Source of the DNA: Tubulanus polymorphus
Lineage: Eukaryota > Animalia > Nemertea
Direction of reading: 5' to 3'
DNA: 64,000 nt
Assembly (NCBI RefSeq): GCF_964204645.1
Contig: NC_134034.1
Coordinates: forward strand, 7,638,962 to 7,702,961
Within the stretch, counting starts at the first letter, position 1; each line of letters starts with the position of its first letter. Positions 1 to 14,045 of this stretch are shown here, in pieces. The position numbers and the translations under genes were made by a program. Under the pieces are notes generated by a model. It was not told the DNA's origin. It saw only the letters and a program-made list of their open reading frames with translations, and did not search any database.

Positions 1-2220
1 TGAAATAGGGTCTCATAAAAATGTTTTCTGCATTTTTCACGAAAGTTAAATCGGGAAAATTTCAATTTTTATCAGCCAATCAGGAAGTTGTGTCTTCCCT
101 GTGATTGGTTTATCTGAAAATATCAGCAGCTGTTCACGTGAATTATCGCGATTTCATTACTGGCGCTTTTGCGCATGACGTCATGTATCAACACGCGACA
201 ATACTTCCGCGTTCGCTACGTGTTCGCTGATTGGCCCATTTACTGGGAAATTCCACAGAAGCCTAATGTGGTTTGTTACAAGCGCTGTGATTGGCCCGAC
301 CCGATTCTGGCATGGCTTTAGCTTAGTGGGTTCGAATCCCTTGACGGGTGAAGATGATGGATCCTATCAATATCTATTGAAACAAATAAGTTTCCCGGTT
401 GGGCAGCCGCGGATATCTACCGGAAGTGTTCTGGTTCGATATTTCGAGGTTTCTTTGAATTTTGGAGTGATATTGAAATCCGGTAAATACCAGCGGTAGA
501 TTGTGAAAACCCATTGCATGATATTTGTATTACTTAGAAAAGCGTCGGGCCCGCGCCGGGAGTTTTCGTGATTCAAGTAGCACAATAGCCTACTTCTTCG
601 TGTTCGTCCACCTCAATTTTCATTCCGCCGATTTCTGACACGGCTCTGTCCCCGTCGGCGCTGTGATTGGACTTTCGTACCACCAAAATTTTTTATTTCT
701 ATATCAGGGAGGTCTGGAGAATAAAAAAGTCAAAATTTGGATATCACATAGGCCTGATTTCATCGAATAAGTCGACCATGGTCGTTACGTTTCCGTACTT
801 ATTACCACCTAAAACCGTCTGAACAATTTTGTCACAACCAACATTTCGTTTACAGAAATCAGGGTTCACGTGAACCCGCGGTATCGTCTACTGTTTTACT
901 TCCGGGTTTTATTTTAAGATTTAAAATTGTATTTCAAGATCGATTTCTATGAAATCTTTAGTTGATTTGGTGTTTGGGAGGAATTTTTATTTGCTCTACA
1001 GAAAATTCATCCTTGACAATTGCGCAAGGTTCGCGAAAAAAATGGTTTTACCAAATCGGGTGTATGATCTTGATATGCTAATTAGCCATGTGCCCGAATT
1101 GCAAATTCAATCAAATTTTATTCTGCCAAAAAAATGTTAAATACAATTCGCTTTCCGAGAGTTAATGGTATGCTGCATGGAACAAAGTTGTTTTGAGATG
1201 GGTCTTGAAGCTATTGAGGTCGAGAGATAACCATCTAGATAGTTCGTGAGAGTTCCAAAGTTTTGAAGAGGCTTCAAGGTAATGTCTTGATATTTGGTTT
1301 ATACGTCTATCTACCCTAGACACATCTTCAGGCTAAAAACTGGCCCTGTCAGATTCAAGATGGCCGACTGGCAGCCATTGTTGTTCGCCAAAATCAGCAC
1401 TTTTTACACATTTTTGAAGTTTTCGAGGGAAATTTTGAAGACACTTTTATCAATAACCTTGATCATTCGTATATATTTGTTTCCCCCGAGGGCCCATCGG
1501 CATGAGAAAAATTGGGTCGATCGGACTCAAGATGGCCGTACTGTAACCTTTTTTGTTCCCAAAAATGTCAATTTTGGCCTGAATTCTGAGTACTGTAGCT
1601 TTCTAATGGTGTGCCATGTTTCATTGCAATTTGTAATGGGTATTCTTTGGAAAGGGATCTTTTATATCCGAGAGGGTATTTTTGACCAGGCAATTATGAC
1701 GCACTTGGCGGCCATCTTGGAGTCATCAGTACTCATTCGTAGGTGGAAAAAAGTTTTTCCACATCATAATTGATACTTAAGCATATTTTGCTACTATAAT
1801 TAATTGGAAAGTTGTAGCTCATGACATGTTCTATGATCGAGGTGAGTTTCAAGCTCATTGGTTTTTGTTTATGGCCACCAGGGGGCGTTGAACAATACAA
1901 TAACTTAGTATATCTATATTACATTCATATGCATATTTTGCTACCACAATCAATTGGAAAGTTGTAGCTCATGACATGGTCTATGATCTTGGTGAGTTTC
2001 AAGCTCATTGGTTTTTGTATATGGCCACCAGGGGCGTTGAACAATACAATAACTTAGTATTTCTATATTACATTCGTTCCTGCTGTCTGTGTTAACACAC
2101 GATTTTACTATGTAAATGATATCGAGCAGGGAGTGTATATCGATAAATATAACCCACAGATTACATCATTTATAAAAAGCAAATCTGACAGGCTGGCCAT
2201 TGTGCCCCTTGGGGCTCTTG
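1..2220 (+). mobile_element. Non-autonomous Helentron-type element (HINE family A), copy 1; 5' end outside window
   Basis: Near-identical in reverse to 31513-33894 and 50216-51943. The 3' end has subterminal GGCTGGCC, the hairpin GCCCC-TT-GGGGC, then TCTTG followed by TTT. Contains ~150-bp internal tandem repeats (about 1780-2075). Confidence 0.8.
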
Positions 2221-2549
2221 TTTATTCTTTTAATTGCCTTCTGTTTCTTATCATTATCTTTATCAAAATAATCTTCACCTAAAATATCATTATTCATATT
2301 TCTAATATGACTTTTAGATTTTAAATGTTCTTTATAATATATTTTGTTACTGAATGATTGATTACATGTACAACATTTATATATTTCTTTTTCATTCTTT
2401 AATTCATCTAATTTAGTTTCTAATATATCATCTTTATATTCTAATTTCAATTTATTTTCTAAATGCGTTTTAGTTTTATTGTGTCTTGCTTTTTGAGATT
2501 CATCTATATTGATTTTACTTCTCGGGCAGTAGTACTTATTTGCTTCCAT
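2221..2549 (-). pseudogene. C2H2-type zinc-finger region (N-terminal part of a Polinton PolB), truncated
   Basis: YKCCTCNQSFSNKIYYKEHLKSKSH. The last 18 aa of the ORF-track protein are read-through into HINE sequence. Confidence 0.65.
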
Positions 2550-2585
2550 TTTAATATCAAATTTTTTATTAAAATTGATTTTATC

Positions 2586-2933
2586 TCATTCAAAATCTAT
2601 ATCATGGTGCCCTTTTTCATTCTTACCTTTATAAGCTTATATGAAATAGAAATCACCTGACCATAATTCTTCTAAATCTTCACTTGATAATCTATGAAAT
2701 CTATCTGGATAATATGTTCTGAATTTATATTTATTTCCTCTTTATTCTTCATATTCTAAGTGGATAACTAATTTATCGCCATATTTGTTAGTAACTATAT
2801 CAATATGTGTAATTCAATATTTCTTATGAATTGTTAATTCTGTTAACTTCTTAAATTTATAATCTACAGATTTGACATATGTAGTATCTTTAATTCTATC
2901 TAAGAATTCACTGTGTATTTGTTTACTCTCCAT
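2586..2933 (-). pseudogene. Small Polinton terminal protein of unknown function, with internal stops
   Basis: Manual translation MESKQIHSEFLDRIK...KFKKLTEL...NKYGDKLVIHL...RTYYPDRF...GKNEKGHHDIDFE, homologous to 38015-38344. Confidence 0.55.
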
Positions 2934-2992
2934 TTCAATAACATTTTTTAAATTAAAATTGATTTTAGAAGTTATTAGATGAATATTTTAAG

Positions 2993-3114
2993 AGTAATAG
3001 GGAATATGTTGTTTCAAGTCAAAGGTTGAAAGGTCGGAAAATAAATTCGAGTGTGCGAGAATTTATTTTTCGACCTTTCGACCTTTGGCTTGAAACAACA
3101 TATTCCCTATTACT
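2993..3114. repeat. 122-bp hairpin made of two Polinton-terminus-like arms
   Basis: AGTAATAGGGAATATGTTGTTTCAAG...CTTGAAACAACATATTCCCTATTACT, with few mismatches. Confidence 0.85.
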
Positions 3115-5479
3115 GGCGTGCATGACTGGAATTTTCGATGAACTATCTCGAAATCAATTCTCATTTGGATATTTGTTATAAGAGCAGAAACCCTCCACGG
3201 AAAAGATTTGGCAATATCCCAGGTAAAAGGAACTATTTTGTAAAACGGCCGTCTACGATGAGGTGACGCGGCACTTCCGGATTTCAACGATTTTGAATTG
3301 TGCGGCTCTGAATCGGCGAGTTTTCCTCAAAAGACGGATATAATGCTATCGTGGACTGGTCATCAGGTCTGAAGGTTGGTTCCACGGTCAATCTCGCGAT
3401 ACATTGTTTAACTATTCATCGACCCAATGATGGTCGAAATTTCACAAAATTAATAAACTCTAAAATCACCCGATCCAAAAGTTGCCTTAGCGTGACGTAA
3501 TTCTACTTCCGATTTCCCCATGAACTTCAAACCGGACGTACTCTGACGTCATTTTTTCTGACTTTGATTAAAGTTTTCGGTTAAAGACACTTCGTAGTAT
3601 CCACATATACGCGTTTACCAAAGGGACGTCCTCCGGCCGCCTGCTCCGCTCGGGTCCGTCTATAATCCGTATTTAAAATAATGTTGTTCCATTAATTCCG
3701 GACCCATGCTACCCGTTGTAATACTAGGAAGAAATCTTTAGTGTAAAACATATAAAACTATTGAAACCATGAGATTTAATGTAGAAATCTGACGTTTTTT
3801 AACTACAGGCAAATTTATTTTCGTGTAATCGATAAAACATTAGGGTCTCAATATGTAATCAACATTGCCAAATTCCCACGTTGTTTCTCGCAGAAAATGA
3901 TTTTTTCTATTTAATCACGGGTCCCTTAATTCGCTCAAATTCGCTATCATAACTTGGGTGATTTTCTTTGGTCACGCCACCGGTGCCTTCCTTCAGCAAA
4001 ACCTACATGTTTTACAATGTAGAACTTGGGAACAAATTTCTTGTGTAAAACATATAAAACTGTTAAAGCCGTTCGTAGAACATATCTGACGATACAGAAA
4101 GTCTTACTGTCGTATGATATATTGTCGTATGTCAATTTGTAATCAACACTCCCAAAGCATTTTTTTTCGCAAAAATGAATTCCTTTTTTATACATGTATT
4201 TGATCACGGCGAATCTTCGCTCAAATAGATCTTCGATATTTTGGGTGATTTTCTTTGGCCACGGACCACACCGCACATAGGTGCCCCCGCAAAACCTATT
4301 TTTTTTTTACAATGTAGAATTCTATATTAGTTGCCGAAAGGGCACTCGCCACTATTTATTCATTTAAACTCAAGACTGGCTGTGCGCTTCTCCAAGTTTT
4401 GAATATTCACAAAATAATGCCAAAAATGTTATTGTGACACCCCTCGGGGAGTAGAGCATATATATCATACTAGTGAATCACTTCTGGCCTATTCAGTGGC
4501 TTCTCAATTCTATAATCATTCGGCCACTGTCCCGCTGTGGACCGTCTGGCGAACTCAATCTTTTACAACAGCGCCGTCTAGCGGGACAAATCCAATTCCA
4601 ATTCAATTCATTTCAATGCAATTGATACTTTATTGCTATTTCTTGAAACATTACATCAGTTTTCACACTCCTCTTGGCTCATATTTCTTTCCGAAAAAAT
4701 TACACCCAGAACAAACACTGTTGATCCGTTTGATCTGTGTTGAAACATTACATTGTTTTCTTCATTATTCTATTTTTCAGTATATGAGTATCCGCATGAA
4801 CAATAATCCATGTACACTGTTTCATTTTGATAAATTATATCATACTAGCAAAGTACCCGTCCTGGCGGACGGGTAGAATATGATAAATCACAAAGGTGCG
4901 AATAAAAATAATATAACATTTATTTATCGATAGGGGTCGTCCATTTGTTACGTACGCTTTATTTCTGTAAAATCAGACCCCCTCCCCCTTGTACACACTT
5001 GTCCGCACATAATTTACCCCCTCCCGTTTGCGTACGTACTTACCTTCAAATTAACCCCCCCCCATAGTGTGTTATTAATTCCTTTGAATCATATTCCACA
5101 GTACCACTTATAAACTTAAATGGACGATGTGGGAAGACAGATGAGCGGACAGCTGCTGTCTCAGAATGATGATCGACAACAAACAATCAATGTTTGGATA
5201 GTTGTTTAACATTTTAATACCAGCATAGGGATGAGAACAAAAATAAAAAACTAATATGTATATACAATATCAAAGTTGTTTAATAAACTTAATTCACCAA
5301 AATTAAACTATTTCTTCAGAGTAAAAATTGTTTTATCTGTAGTCCCAATACACAGTAATATACATACTACTCATCTTCCCACTCGCTTTGAAACACATCA
5401 AAAATGTTCCTGTACTGAAAGACAGCAGGGGCCTCCGGCTGTTCTTGTTCCACTTCCGTATCCGATTCATCCGATGAGT

Positions 5480-8400
5480 CTGAGGGAATCTGCTGTAAGA
5501 CGTTTTAATGATGCAATTGACGGGAAATAGATGTCACATTTCTTACAAATCCTGGAATCTATATTTTTGACTCCAGGACAGTAAGTGTCGTACGGAAGCC
5601 TCTTTTGACCAAACACCTGTCTTTGAAAAAGGTCAGAAAACCTGTCAGTGGCTTTAACATCGGATGGGTCAGGGATAGGGACTGTTGGTCCTCTAGGCGT
5701 TCGACGAACTGGGGACAGGGCCAGGCAAATATCTATCAGGAAATATTTCTAGCCAATTTGATCTGGGTTTTTCACAACATGTTTCAACACCACAATTAAC
5801 TATTTGAAGCATGTACTGGGACACTCGAACATGCCTGCTGACCCAGGCTTCATCCAGGGGGCGGGTCTGTGGAATTATCATCATCAACATACTCCGTGTC
5901 AAAACCATAGCCATCGAGGAGATTACCCCAAAGTGAAGAAAGGACCTCACCCGCTTTTACGAAATTCTTCTTTTCAAGCTCATCATCAAAAGTTATACCT
6001 GATGCATTGAGGTGTGTACCGAAACTATCATGGGGTAGTATAACTCCCGCCAATTCACGGGACAGGGCGGCCATGCGTCGTTCAACATACGTAGTTATAA
6101 GCACTAAGACCCGGTGCCATGGTCATCTTTATATAAACATCCAGGTTAAATTTACGGAAATGGTCGATTGCTGTTTGCAATGTTTTAGGGTAACGGGGAT
6201 TTTCGTCACAACCCCCATCTGTGAAAACTACACAAATTGGTTTCACATCACCATTTTCATCCTTTACTAAGCTCTGAACATTTTCTAGGGAGAGCAGCCG
6301 TTCAAAATCACGAGCATGGGTAAAGGCAATTGTGGCATGATGTTTCTGGCTACGTATAGAAATATACAAGGGACCTCTATACGTTATTTCAGGGTCCGTT
6401 TTTGTTGATGTTGATTTCATAACGCATCCTGCATAAACACTGGGTGTAAGCTTATGTTTATTTGCAACAACAAAATCGTGGTCAGGTAACCTAACCTCGT
6501 AATCAACCCTCATAAGCATTGGGGCCTGTTTGGTGGCAGCAATTTGACCAATGGGTATCTTGGCCTTATCGTCAATTGATAAGACCATTATGGGGTCTGC
6601 TTCAAATAAGGAAACGACATGTTTTAGTTGCTGTTTTATAGCGAATGTAAATCTGCGTTAATATACGTTTTTCGCAGACTGTTAGCTGCCCGTCGCAATT
6701 TAACAGGCACAGTGGTAACGTGTCGTTTGCCTTCATTACTATCAATTCTCCGTGGTTTGATGCGAAGATAAAGGGTAGATCTGCTTAAATTATATTCCAT
6801 TTTCTTGAGTTCGTCATGTAGATCTTCGAGAGTTCTGCATGAATTAATTATTTCAATTCTTCGTCTACAATCTGCCCCTGCCCCATTTCTATTAACAATA
6901 GATAAAATAACCTCATTGAGGTCCGCAGAATCATCATCCAAACTGGGTCTCCCAACACGACCCCTGGTAAACCTTTTTTCTTCAAAGGAGGGATTTTTAG
7001 AGGCCAATTCGGAAAACACTTCGCGCTGATCAGCTCGCCGTTTTCGTAGACGGCTAGCTTCGTCGATTCGACGTTTTAATAGTTATCAGACGCTAAATTT
7101 ATTCTGGCTTGAGCAAGTTTTTTTTTCATGTCATCGGTTGCTAAACCACTCTCTTTCAGGGATGATAATTTTGATATCAGCTCTTCATTTTTTCCGATTG
7201 ACTCGCAGTTTATCTTGAGCAGGTGTGCTGCGCACTGCAGTACTCTTTGAAGCTTCACTTTCACCAGGGATTGGGGGCTGAACAGAATCGTCATCTGAAA
7301 ATGAATTAAGCAATGCTCAGGGAAAGGTCTCCATTGTAAAACAATTTTTTTTCTACGTATACATGCCAGCTATTTTTCATCTTAAAATAGGGATTGACCC
7401 TGTTATTTATTTGGTTGGTGCATTTCGTCTGCTTTTTTGATTGAGTGTCCCTCACAAACCCACCACACCTACCGGGAGCAGAACAAGGGGTTTGATTTTG
7501 AAATCGGAAATCGAGAAGTACAGATATAGTGTGTGATCAGCGGTCGAGTTTACAGAATTTTTTGTTGTCGAAGTACATAATTGGGAAATTCGGTTCTGGT
7601 TCATTCAAACAATCTTCCATTAACCAGTCTTAACTGGCAAGCGACAGATTGGGGTTAATTTTCTTGGCTGCCTAATTTAATACATTAAAATTTTGGAAAT
7701 AACTATATAACAAGGTTGAAGATCATTTTGTCCATGTTTATATTTTTGTCGTTTTCTACGTGTAAATAGTTCGATAGTTAATAGAAGTTTTTTCTCGCTA
7801 GTTTTTAATTAACGACTAGGTAATATCAGGTGTCGGGAGGCTAAAAAGTTTACTGAATATACTGAAGGGCAGGGAAATCAATTTACACTGAAAAAAAGTC
7901 TTATATTTAAATACCAGCCGATCACATGCAGGGTTAGATCATGTTTAGCTTACCTGTATTTTTTGACGCCTTATAAAACGTTACCATTATGAAACCTAAA
8001 CGATGTTAACCATTCAGCGTCATTTTACAAACGACAGCCGTAAATCGATGTGCAAAACGTCAGAGGTCTATGTGTACACAAACAAGCTATCTGGCAAAAT
8101 ATTATTGACATAGATGTAGAATTGCTCCCTGTGATTATATTATGACCTATTTTTGAACGTCGAAATGTTATATTGCATTGAATATCATTAGAAGACGTAT
8201 TGTAATAGTAAAGGATGTATGATTATATCAGAAGCGGCAGGCATAAATAGAAATGATAAGTAAATCGGATTATTCGGTTAAATGGCGGATGTATACACGA
8301 TTTGGAAGTCTGATATAAAAGTCAGACCCTGACGTGGGCATGCCGGTGGAATGACGAAGCTATCTACGATGTGTGTAGGGCCGGCGTGAATTTCATCAGC

Positions 8401-9489
8401 GGCTACAAGCGGTCAATATGAAAATGTGTAAACATGTAATTTCAATATTCAAACGTTTTAGAAAATATGTTTGATATTAGGAGTATGCAGGTTTCGTGTG
8501 ATTAGCAATTTATAATAGCATAGCTATCATATACGGCTCCGCGTCCTCTGATGGCATGTGTATTAGGTGACAATTCAATTCAATTCTTTATTGATCCTTA
8601 TAACATTGAAATTTCGGGATAAAATTCCCAAATTCAATAAATAAAAATTTTAAAATAAATTAATACAACATACATGACACACGGGTAATTCATACAGAAC
8701 AACATAAGCATGTTATTTTAAATGACAATGTCTACTTCACCCCACCCAGACTCTAGGATATCGAGTGACAGCCAAACCCGTGGCCCGGGCTGGCTGGCTA
8801 GGCCACACGATATGCTCGAAGTCATGATGAAGCAGACATCAGAAGAGCTTGTTCTTCAACCATGGAGGCAATGAAGTTGCAGACCAGCTCAGAGGCATAA
8901 GTAAATGAAGTCGGTCGCAAGTTCGCGATCAATTATTGAGAATTTTCAATAAAAAATTTAAACCACTTCTAGAGTAGAAGACCCGCTGTATCATCTACCC
9001 AATCGCCAAATCTCATCATTCCCCAAATTTCTTAAAACTTCGATTTCAAATTTGCAATTCCACATTAGCTTAGCCCAGAAATTATACATTTTTTTCGCAG
9101 GCGTCAAATAATTTTCTAAAATTAATTTTATTGTTATCAGTTGTGGTCGTAGTGCTGGGTTTGGAACTTTCTTCTAATGGTTTTTCAGCAGGGGTCGTGC
9201 TTGTGCTGGGCTTGGGTGCTGTTGAAGGTTCCGAAGATTCGACGTCTGCCGCCCGTGGCGTAGTATCAGTAGGTTTCGAACAAAATGCTATTAATGCCTT
9301 TGCATTTTTTCGAGTTTTTTTCATTTGAAGCTCAGTCATTGTGTTTTCATATTTCTTGGGGTCTTTCTTGATTTCAGTCCACATTGCCCCACAAACTTTT
9401 GGAATATTTGCTTTCTTAATTTGTGGATTCACTTCCTCGTACAACTTTATAAATGCTGTATACCGCTTATAGTTTTGCGAGTCCGCCAT
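5480..9489 (-). pseudogene. Zator (TP36-related) DDE transposase, frameshifted, with a probable intron (7953-7295) and a HINE insertion
   Basis: Motifs SIDDKAKIPIG, LPDHDF, DGGCDENPR, AYNYVERRMAALS. Donor G|GTAAGC at 7953 and acceptor TTTTCAG| at 7295 join in frame. Confidence 0.75.
7965..9133 (+). mobile_element. HINE family F, copy 1 (inside the Zator transposase)
   Basis: Highly similar to 59994-61180. Subterminal IRs GACGCCT/AGGCGTC, 3' stem-loop AATTTT-CT-AAAATT, inserted in a T-run with no TSD. Confidence 0.8.
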
Positions 9490-9842
9490 AGTGTCTAATA
9501 GACAAAGAAAGACTCGGGAAAAGACTATTGTTTTTATGGATTACAACTACTTTCATTATTTAATTGTACTCAAGTCGCGAGTTGAACTGGGATGAGTCCA
9601 CTGTGTACAATAGGGGTAGTAGGCAATATACAGGGAATGTTTACGATAGAATTGACTCCCAGCAGAATTGTTATGGTGCGTACCGAACGCATAATTAGAC
9701 CCCCTCCCCTCTGTACGCAAATGTATGCAATTCAGTAAGACCCCCTCCCCCTATGATGCGTACGTAATAAATGGACGACCCCATATGAAATATACACTAT
9801 AAGTCAGGCATTAGAAACAAATGTCAAAGAAGAGAAAAAGTA

Positions 9843-10010
9843 TTACAATATTTCGCTGTAAACTATGTTTATGGTTTGTTTTTGAAGGGTGAGTACTGTA
9901 ACACGATAATGGGTACCTACTCTGGAAAGGGAAACATAGAGCATGCCATGTGTGAATGGTGAATTCCGGAAGTCCAGTGCAATGTATCTGAATGTTTGGC
10001 CCTGATTGAA
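9843..10010 (-). pseudogene. Helitron Pif1-like helicase C-terminal fragment
   Basis: QGQTF...FTHGMLYVSLSRV...TINIVYSEIL, the typical RepHel C-terminus. Confidence 0.8.
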
Positions 10011-10599
10011 ATTGGAAATTGAAGACGACGGAACTGGAATGGTGTGACTGTCAATGAATGGCACTCTTCATACCTTTCAATCCTTATTCTTAGAATAAGG
10101 GATTGGCACGTTTTTCTTTGTTAAGGAAGTGGCGCTGTGGTGAGCTCGAATACATACAGTAATCTCCACTATTAGATTCCCCAGGCAGAGGTGAATTGAG
10201 GTCACCTGTGTCTCTGTAGAAAACAAAGCAACAGCCGATGCTCACATCGCAGTAATCTCTACTATTAGATTCCCCACGAGGTCAACCGCGTCTCTGTAGG
10301 CAGAGAGATGAATTGAGGTCATCGGCGTCTCTGAGGTCAGGCACGCTATACAAAAACCGAGCAACAGCTGACGCTCAAATGTTTGTTTTGATCATCGCGC
10401 GCAGTGACGTCACGCGGAGCGCCCAAACTTAAATGGCCCAAAAGTCTACCTAAACTTCATCGTATCGGCACGAAATTGATTCTAAAACACAGTTCAGACC
10501 ATCCTCTTTCAATCCATACCACTCAACGGGTAATCGAAGCCACAGGAACGGAGATTACGCGTTACAAAGTTAAGACGCCTAGCCGCTTATAGTATAGAT

Positions 10600-12750
10600 A
10601 AAATTACTTGTGGGACTTCTTCAATTTTTATTTCTCCATGTCTACCGCAGCTATAGAATTCTTCTCATTTTACATGTTTTCCCTTAACGACTGAGGGCGT
10701 AAATTTTGACTCATTAACTCATCAGCATCCGTCTTTTTCACATGTAAGGCGGTCTGTCACATGAAAATCACAAAACTTGGTACATGCATGTACATAATGT
10801 GTGTAATACGCCAACCAGCATAAGTTCATACAACTGCCACCAGGGGACTGTGTGATCGACGATTTTTGGTCCTAGGTCCTTAACAATAAAGGCGAAAGTA
10901 TCGTGGTTGCGATGTGTGGTTAGTAGCCCTTTACTGGACATTTAAGAGTTGGTAACTCATATGGTTCTCCAGGACGGAGCGCGACCTACAAGTTGCTGGA
11001 AATAGTGGTTGCATTATGTGGTTAGTAGCCCTTTACAAGACGCTTGGATTGGTGTATGGTTTAAGTTGATATCTCATATGGTTTAAGTTGATAACTCATA
11101 TGGTTCTCCAGTAGCGCCACCTACAAGTTACTGAAAATGCATTTTCATTGATATCTACTAGCGGATAAAGGGATTTCTATGAAAATTGATACACATGTAC
11201 CCGGATACCAAATACACCGAACCCCTCACACAGTTCCTATTCTAACAACTAGGGGGCGTACATTTTGAAATCTCATTCTAGCATACGTTTTTCATGTGTA
11301 ATTCAGTCATGTTATTATAGAAATAAAACCTGGTGTGTCTACATATACATATGGATAGTACGCTAACCGCCAAAATTAGTTTATACAACTGCCACTAGGG
11401 AATGGTTGAAAGCCCGTATCTTCGTTATTGTCTATGTTATTTCTTCTAAACTTGGCACATTAGTACGTTGCACGTAGTAGCATATGTGGGTCAAAATATC
11501 CATGTTATAAGCTGACCCCTAAGTGGCACTCCTTTAAAAATGCGGAACGTTATGAACTGATTTCAATGAAATATTTGCACGCACCCTTTTACGGCCTTGT
11601 ATCCACCAAGGCAGAAACCCGTTATCGCTGCTTTGCAGCTATATTTATTATTATTATCATTTCTTCTCTACTTTCCAGCCAAAAAGTTTTTATAAAATCT
11701 AACTCCTCTCAGATTCGACCACTAACAGCTTATAAACGCAATTTTCAATTCTGTATGAAATGTAACCCAGTGCCTGACCATTTCGAATTTGCGTATAGTA
11801 ATTTAATATGAATCATTCCCGCGTAATTTCCGGGTCTAAACAACGACAAGAATGTGGCAAAGAATCGTCATCCATTGATAAAAGTGCACCCCGAAATGCC
11901 TTAAATTACCGGACGACCTTGAGCCTCAACTCAACCGTAAATCACGGATTCGGACTCGTTTCAGTCCGGACACGTCAATTCTCGCTATCTGATTCATATA
12001 TGAGCGATTCAAAGAGCTGCTAATTTGTTTTCGCAAATCAGGTAATCGGACTGATATAAGTCCCGATCCGTCATTTCCCGTTTCTGTTTCATCTATCGCC
12101 GCCATTTTGTACCACCAGTATATTTTCCGTTTGGCAGATGAACTCAACATTACCTTAATCGCTTCAAAGACGTCGACGCCGTTGATGCCACATCATGTTC
12201 TAATCCCGACAATGCCATAATTTTGTTACCTATAATTTCCTCTTTGTGATTGAAGTAAATTGATGTTCATTGTGTATACGTGGTTAAGTTCGTTTTCAAA
12301 GTTGTTATAGTTCAAACATATATGCAATATGTAAACTGTCACTGATAAATGAAAACAAAAACAACTTTGTTAAAAATCGTTGTTTATTTCTGAATGCAAA
12401 TTCCTCAATGAAAAAATCGATGCATAAAGGTCGATCAACCCAGAATTAACGAAATTATGGATCAAAATGCGCAAGGAGAGCATGCGCGATAGACAAGTTC
12501 ATGCAACTGCCACCAGGGGGCTTTGAATGAACCATAATTTCTACGTAGCCATTTCGGTACATCAATGCTTTTCATGTGCTGCCCTTGTATGTAGCTGGAT
12601 CCACATATCCAGCATATTGTTGAGCCAGGTTGCGCTTCTTGCAAATAAGTCATATGTTATAAACAGATTAGAATTATTTCGATGACGCTTCCTAGTGCGA
12701 TATATGAACCCGTTAGGCAGAAACCCGTTATCGCTGCTCTGCAGCTATAT
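10600..12750 (+). mobile_element. Two tandem HINE-like remnants (family D 3' ends at about 11645 and 12750); 5' limits uncertain
   Basis: Both end in GCAGAAACCCGTTATC-GCTGC-nnn-GCAGC-TATATTT, the same terminus as at 44370 and 15869. Confidence 0.5.
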
Positions 12751-12752
12751 TT

Positions 12753-13954
12753 TGAATCATAATCTTTTGATATGTATATGTTTCTAATGTATAATGTTCA
12801 ATATTATCACCTTTTGTATTTGGTAATATAATCAAATCAAATACATTATTATTTTAATGTTATTATCTCTTTCTATTTTTGGGATATTTTTAATTCTAAC
12901 AGGATACCTATCTATCTTATAATCATTTTCAAATGGTATATAATTTGTTACTCTAAACTATGTGTAATATCTTCTGTTGGATGCAAGCAACTAATAATTG
13001 ACCATAAAAACATTTATTATCTTCATTTTGTACATTTATAACGGCATTAGTTTTAAATGGTAGTTTAATATAACTTGATGCTTCAATATCTGGTTCTTTA
13101 TAATATGATAAATTATTTTCATCTTTTGGCTTCGATTTACTCAATTTATTTTATTACATTTTGTATTATAAACATGTAAAGTCATAAATATTATTTCATC
13201 AAATATAAAACCAGATCCTTCAAAATATTTCTCTTCTATTTTATTTTTTACTTCATAATAACATTTATCTAATCTATCATCGATATGCTGTTTAGATACA
13301 ATATGTTGTGAATGAGAATTTATATTTTATATTGGTTTATCTTCAGATTTCATAAATTTAACTTTAGTAGATATACTTATTTTTGGGTATTCTATATCTG
13401 TAATTATCTTTATTATACTTCATATTTTCTAAATGTAACTTATTTTCTTCCAATGTTTTACCTTTATAAAATCTAAACTCAATAGCTGCTGGACCAATAT
13501 CAATTTTAAATGCTTCAGTTATTTAAATATCTTTTTTTATCATCTAATGATTTAATATAATTTCTAACATCTTCCATGTATGGTCTTTATCTGTTTAATT
13601 TATTTTCTATTCTTTTAATTTTCCTTTGTTTTTTGATTAATATCATTATCAAAATAATTTTCACCTAAAATATTTTTATTTAAGTTTCTATTATGAATTT
13701 TACATTTTAAATGATGTTTATGATGTTTATAATATCTTTTGTTACTGAATGATTGGTTACATGTAACACATTTATAAAATTCTCTTTCATTCTTTAATTC
13801 TTCTAATTTAGTTTTTAATATATCATTATTATATTCTAATTTTAATTTATTTTCTGAGATTTGTTATTATTATGTCTTGCTTTTTGAGATTTATTTATAT
13901 ATACATATACATATATATATATAATATATATATATATATATACATATATATATA

Positions 13955-14045
<91 letters not shown>

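Larger units (their letters stand above)
2221..3114 (-). mobile_element. Polinton/Maverick remnant A (terminus, small ORF, zinc-finger N-terminus of PolB), cut by the HINE
   Basis: ORFs homologous to 17322-17654 (H..N..N..LG.DYFD) and to 38015-38344 (KYG.K, PD, GKNE.GHHD). The terminus AGTAATAGGGAATATG resembles the TIR at 17237. Confidence 0.7.
4933..9782 (-). mobile_element. Zator-superfamily DNA transposon
   Basis: 25-bp TIRs GGGGTCGTCCATTT(G/A)TTACGTACGC, 3-bp direct repeat ATA on both sides, encloses a transposase. Confidence 0.8.
4845..10598 (-). mobile_element. Canonical Helitron, internally deleted, hosting a Zator insertion
   Basis: Minus strand begins A|TCTATACTAT at 10598 and ends with the hairpin TACCCGTC-CGCCAG-GACGGGTA plus CTAG|T at 4845. 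Carries a helicase C-terminal remnant. Confidence 0.8.

Noticed and set aside
316-345. GGTTCGAATCC as a tRNA gene
   Set aside because: Only a T-arm/B-box; no cloverleaf could be built.
266-1773. ORFs repeated in the three HINE-A copies
   Set aside because: No recognisable domains, and frames break between copies. They recur only because the DNA is repeated.
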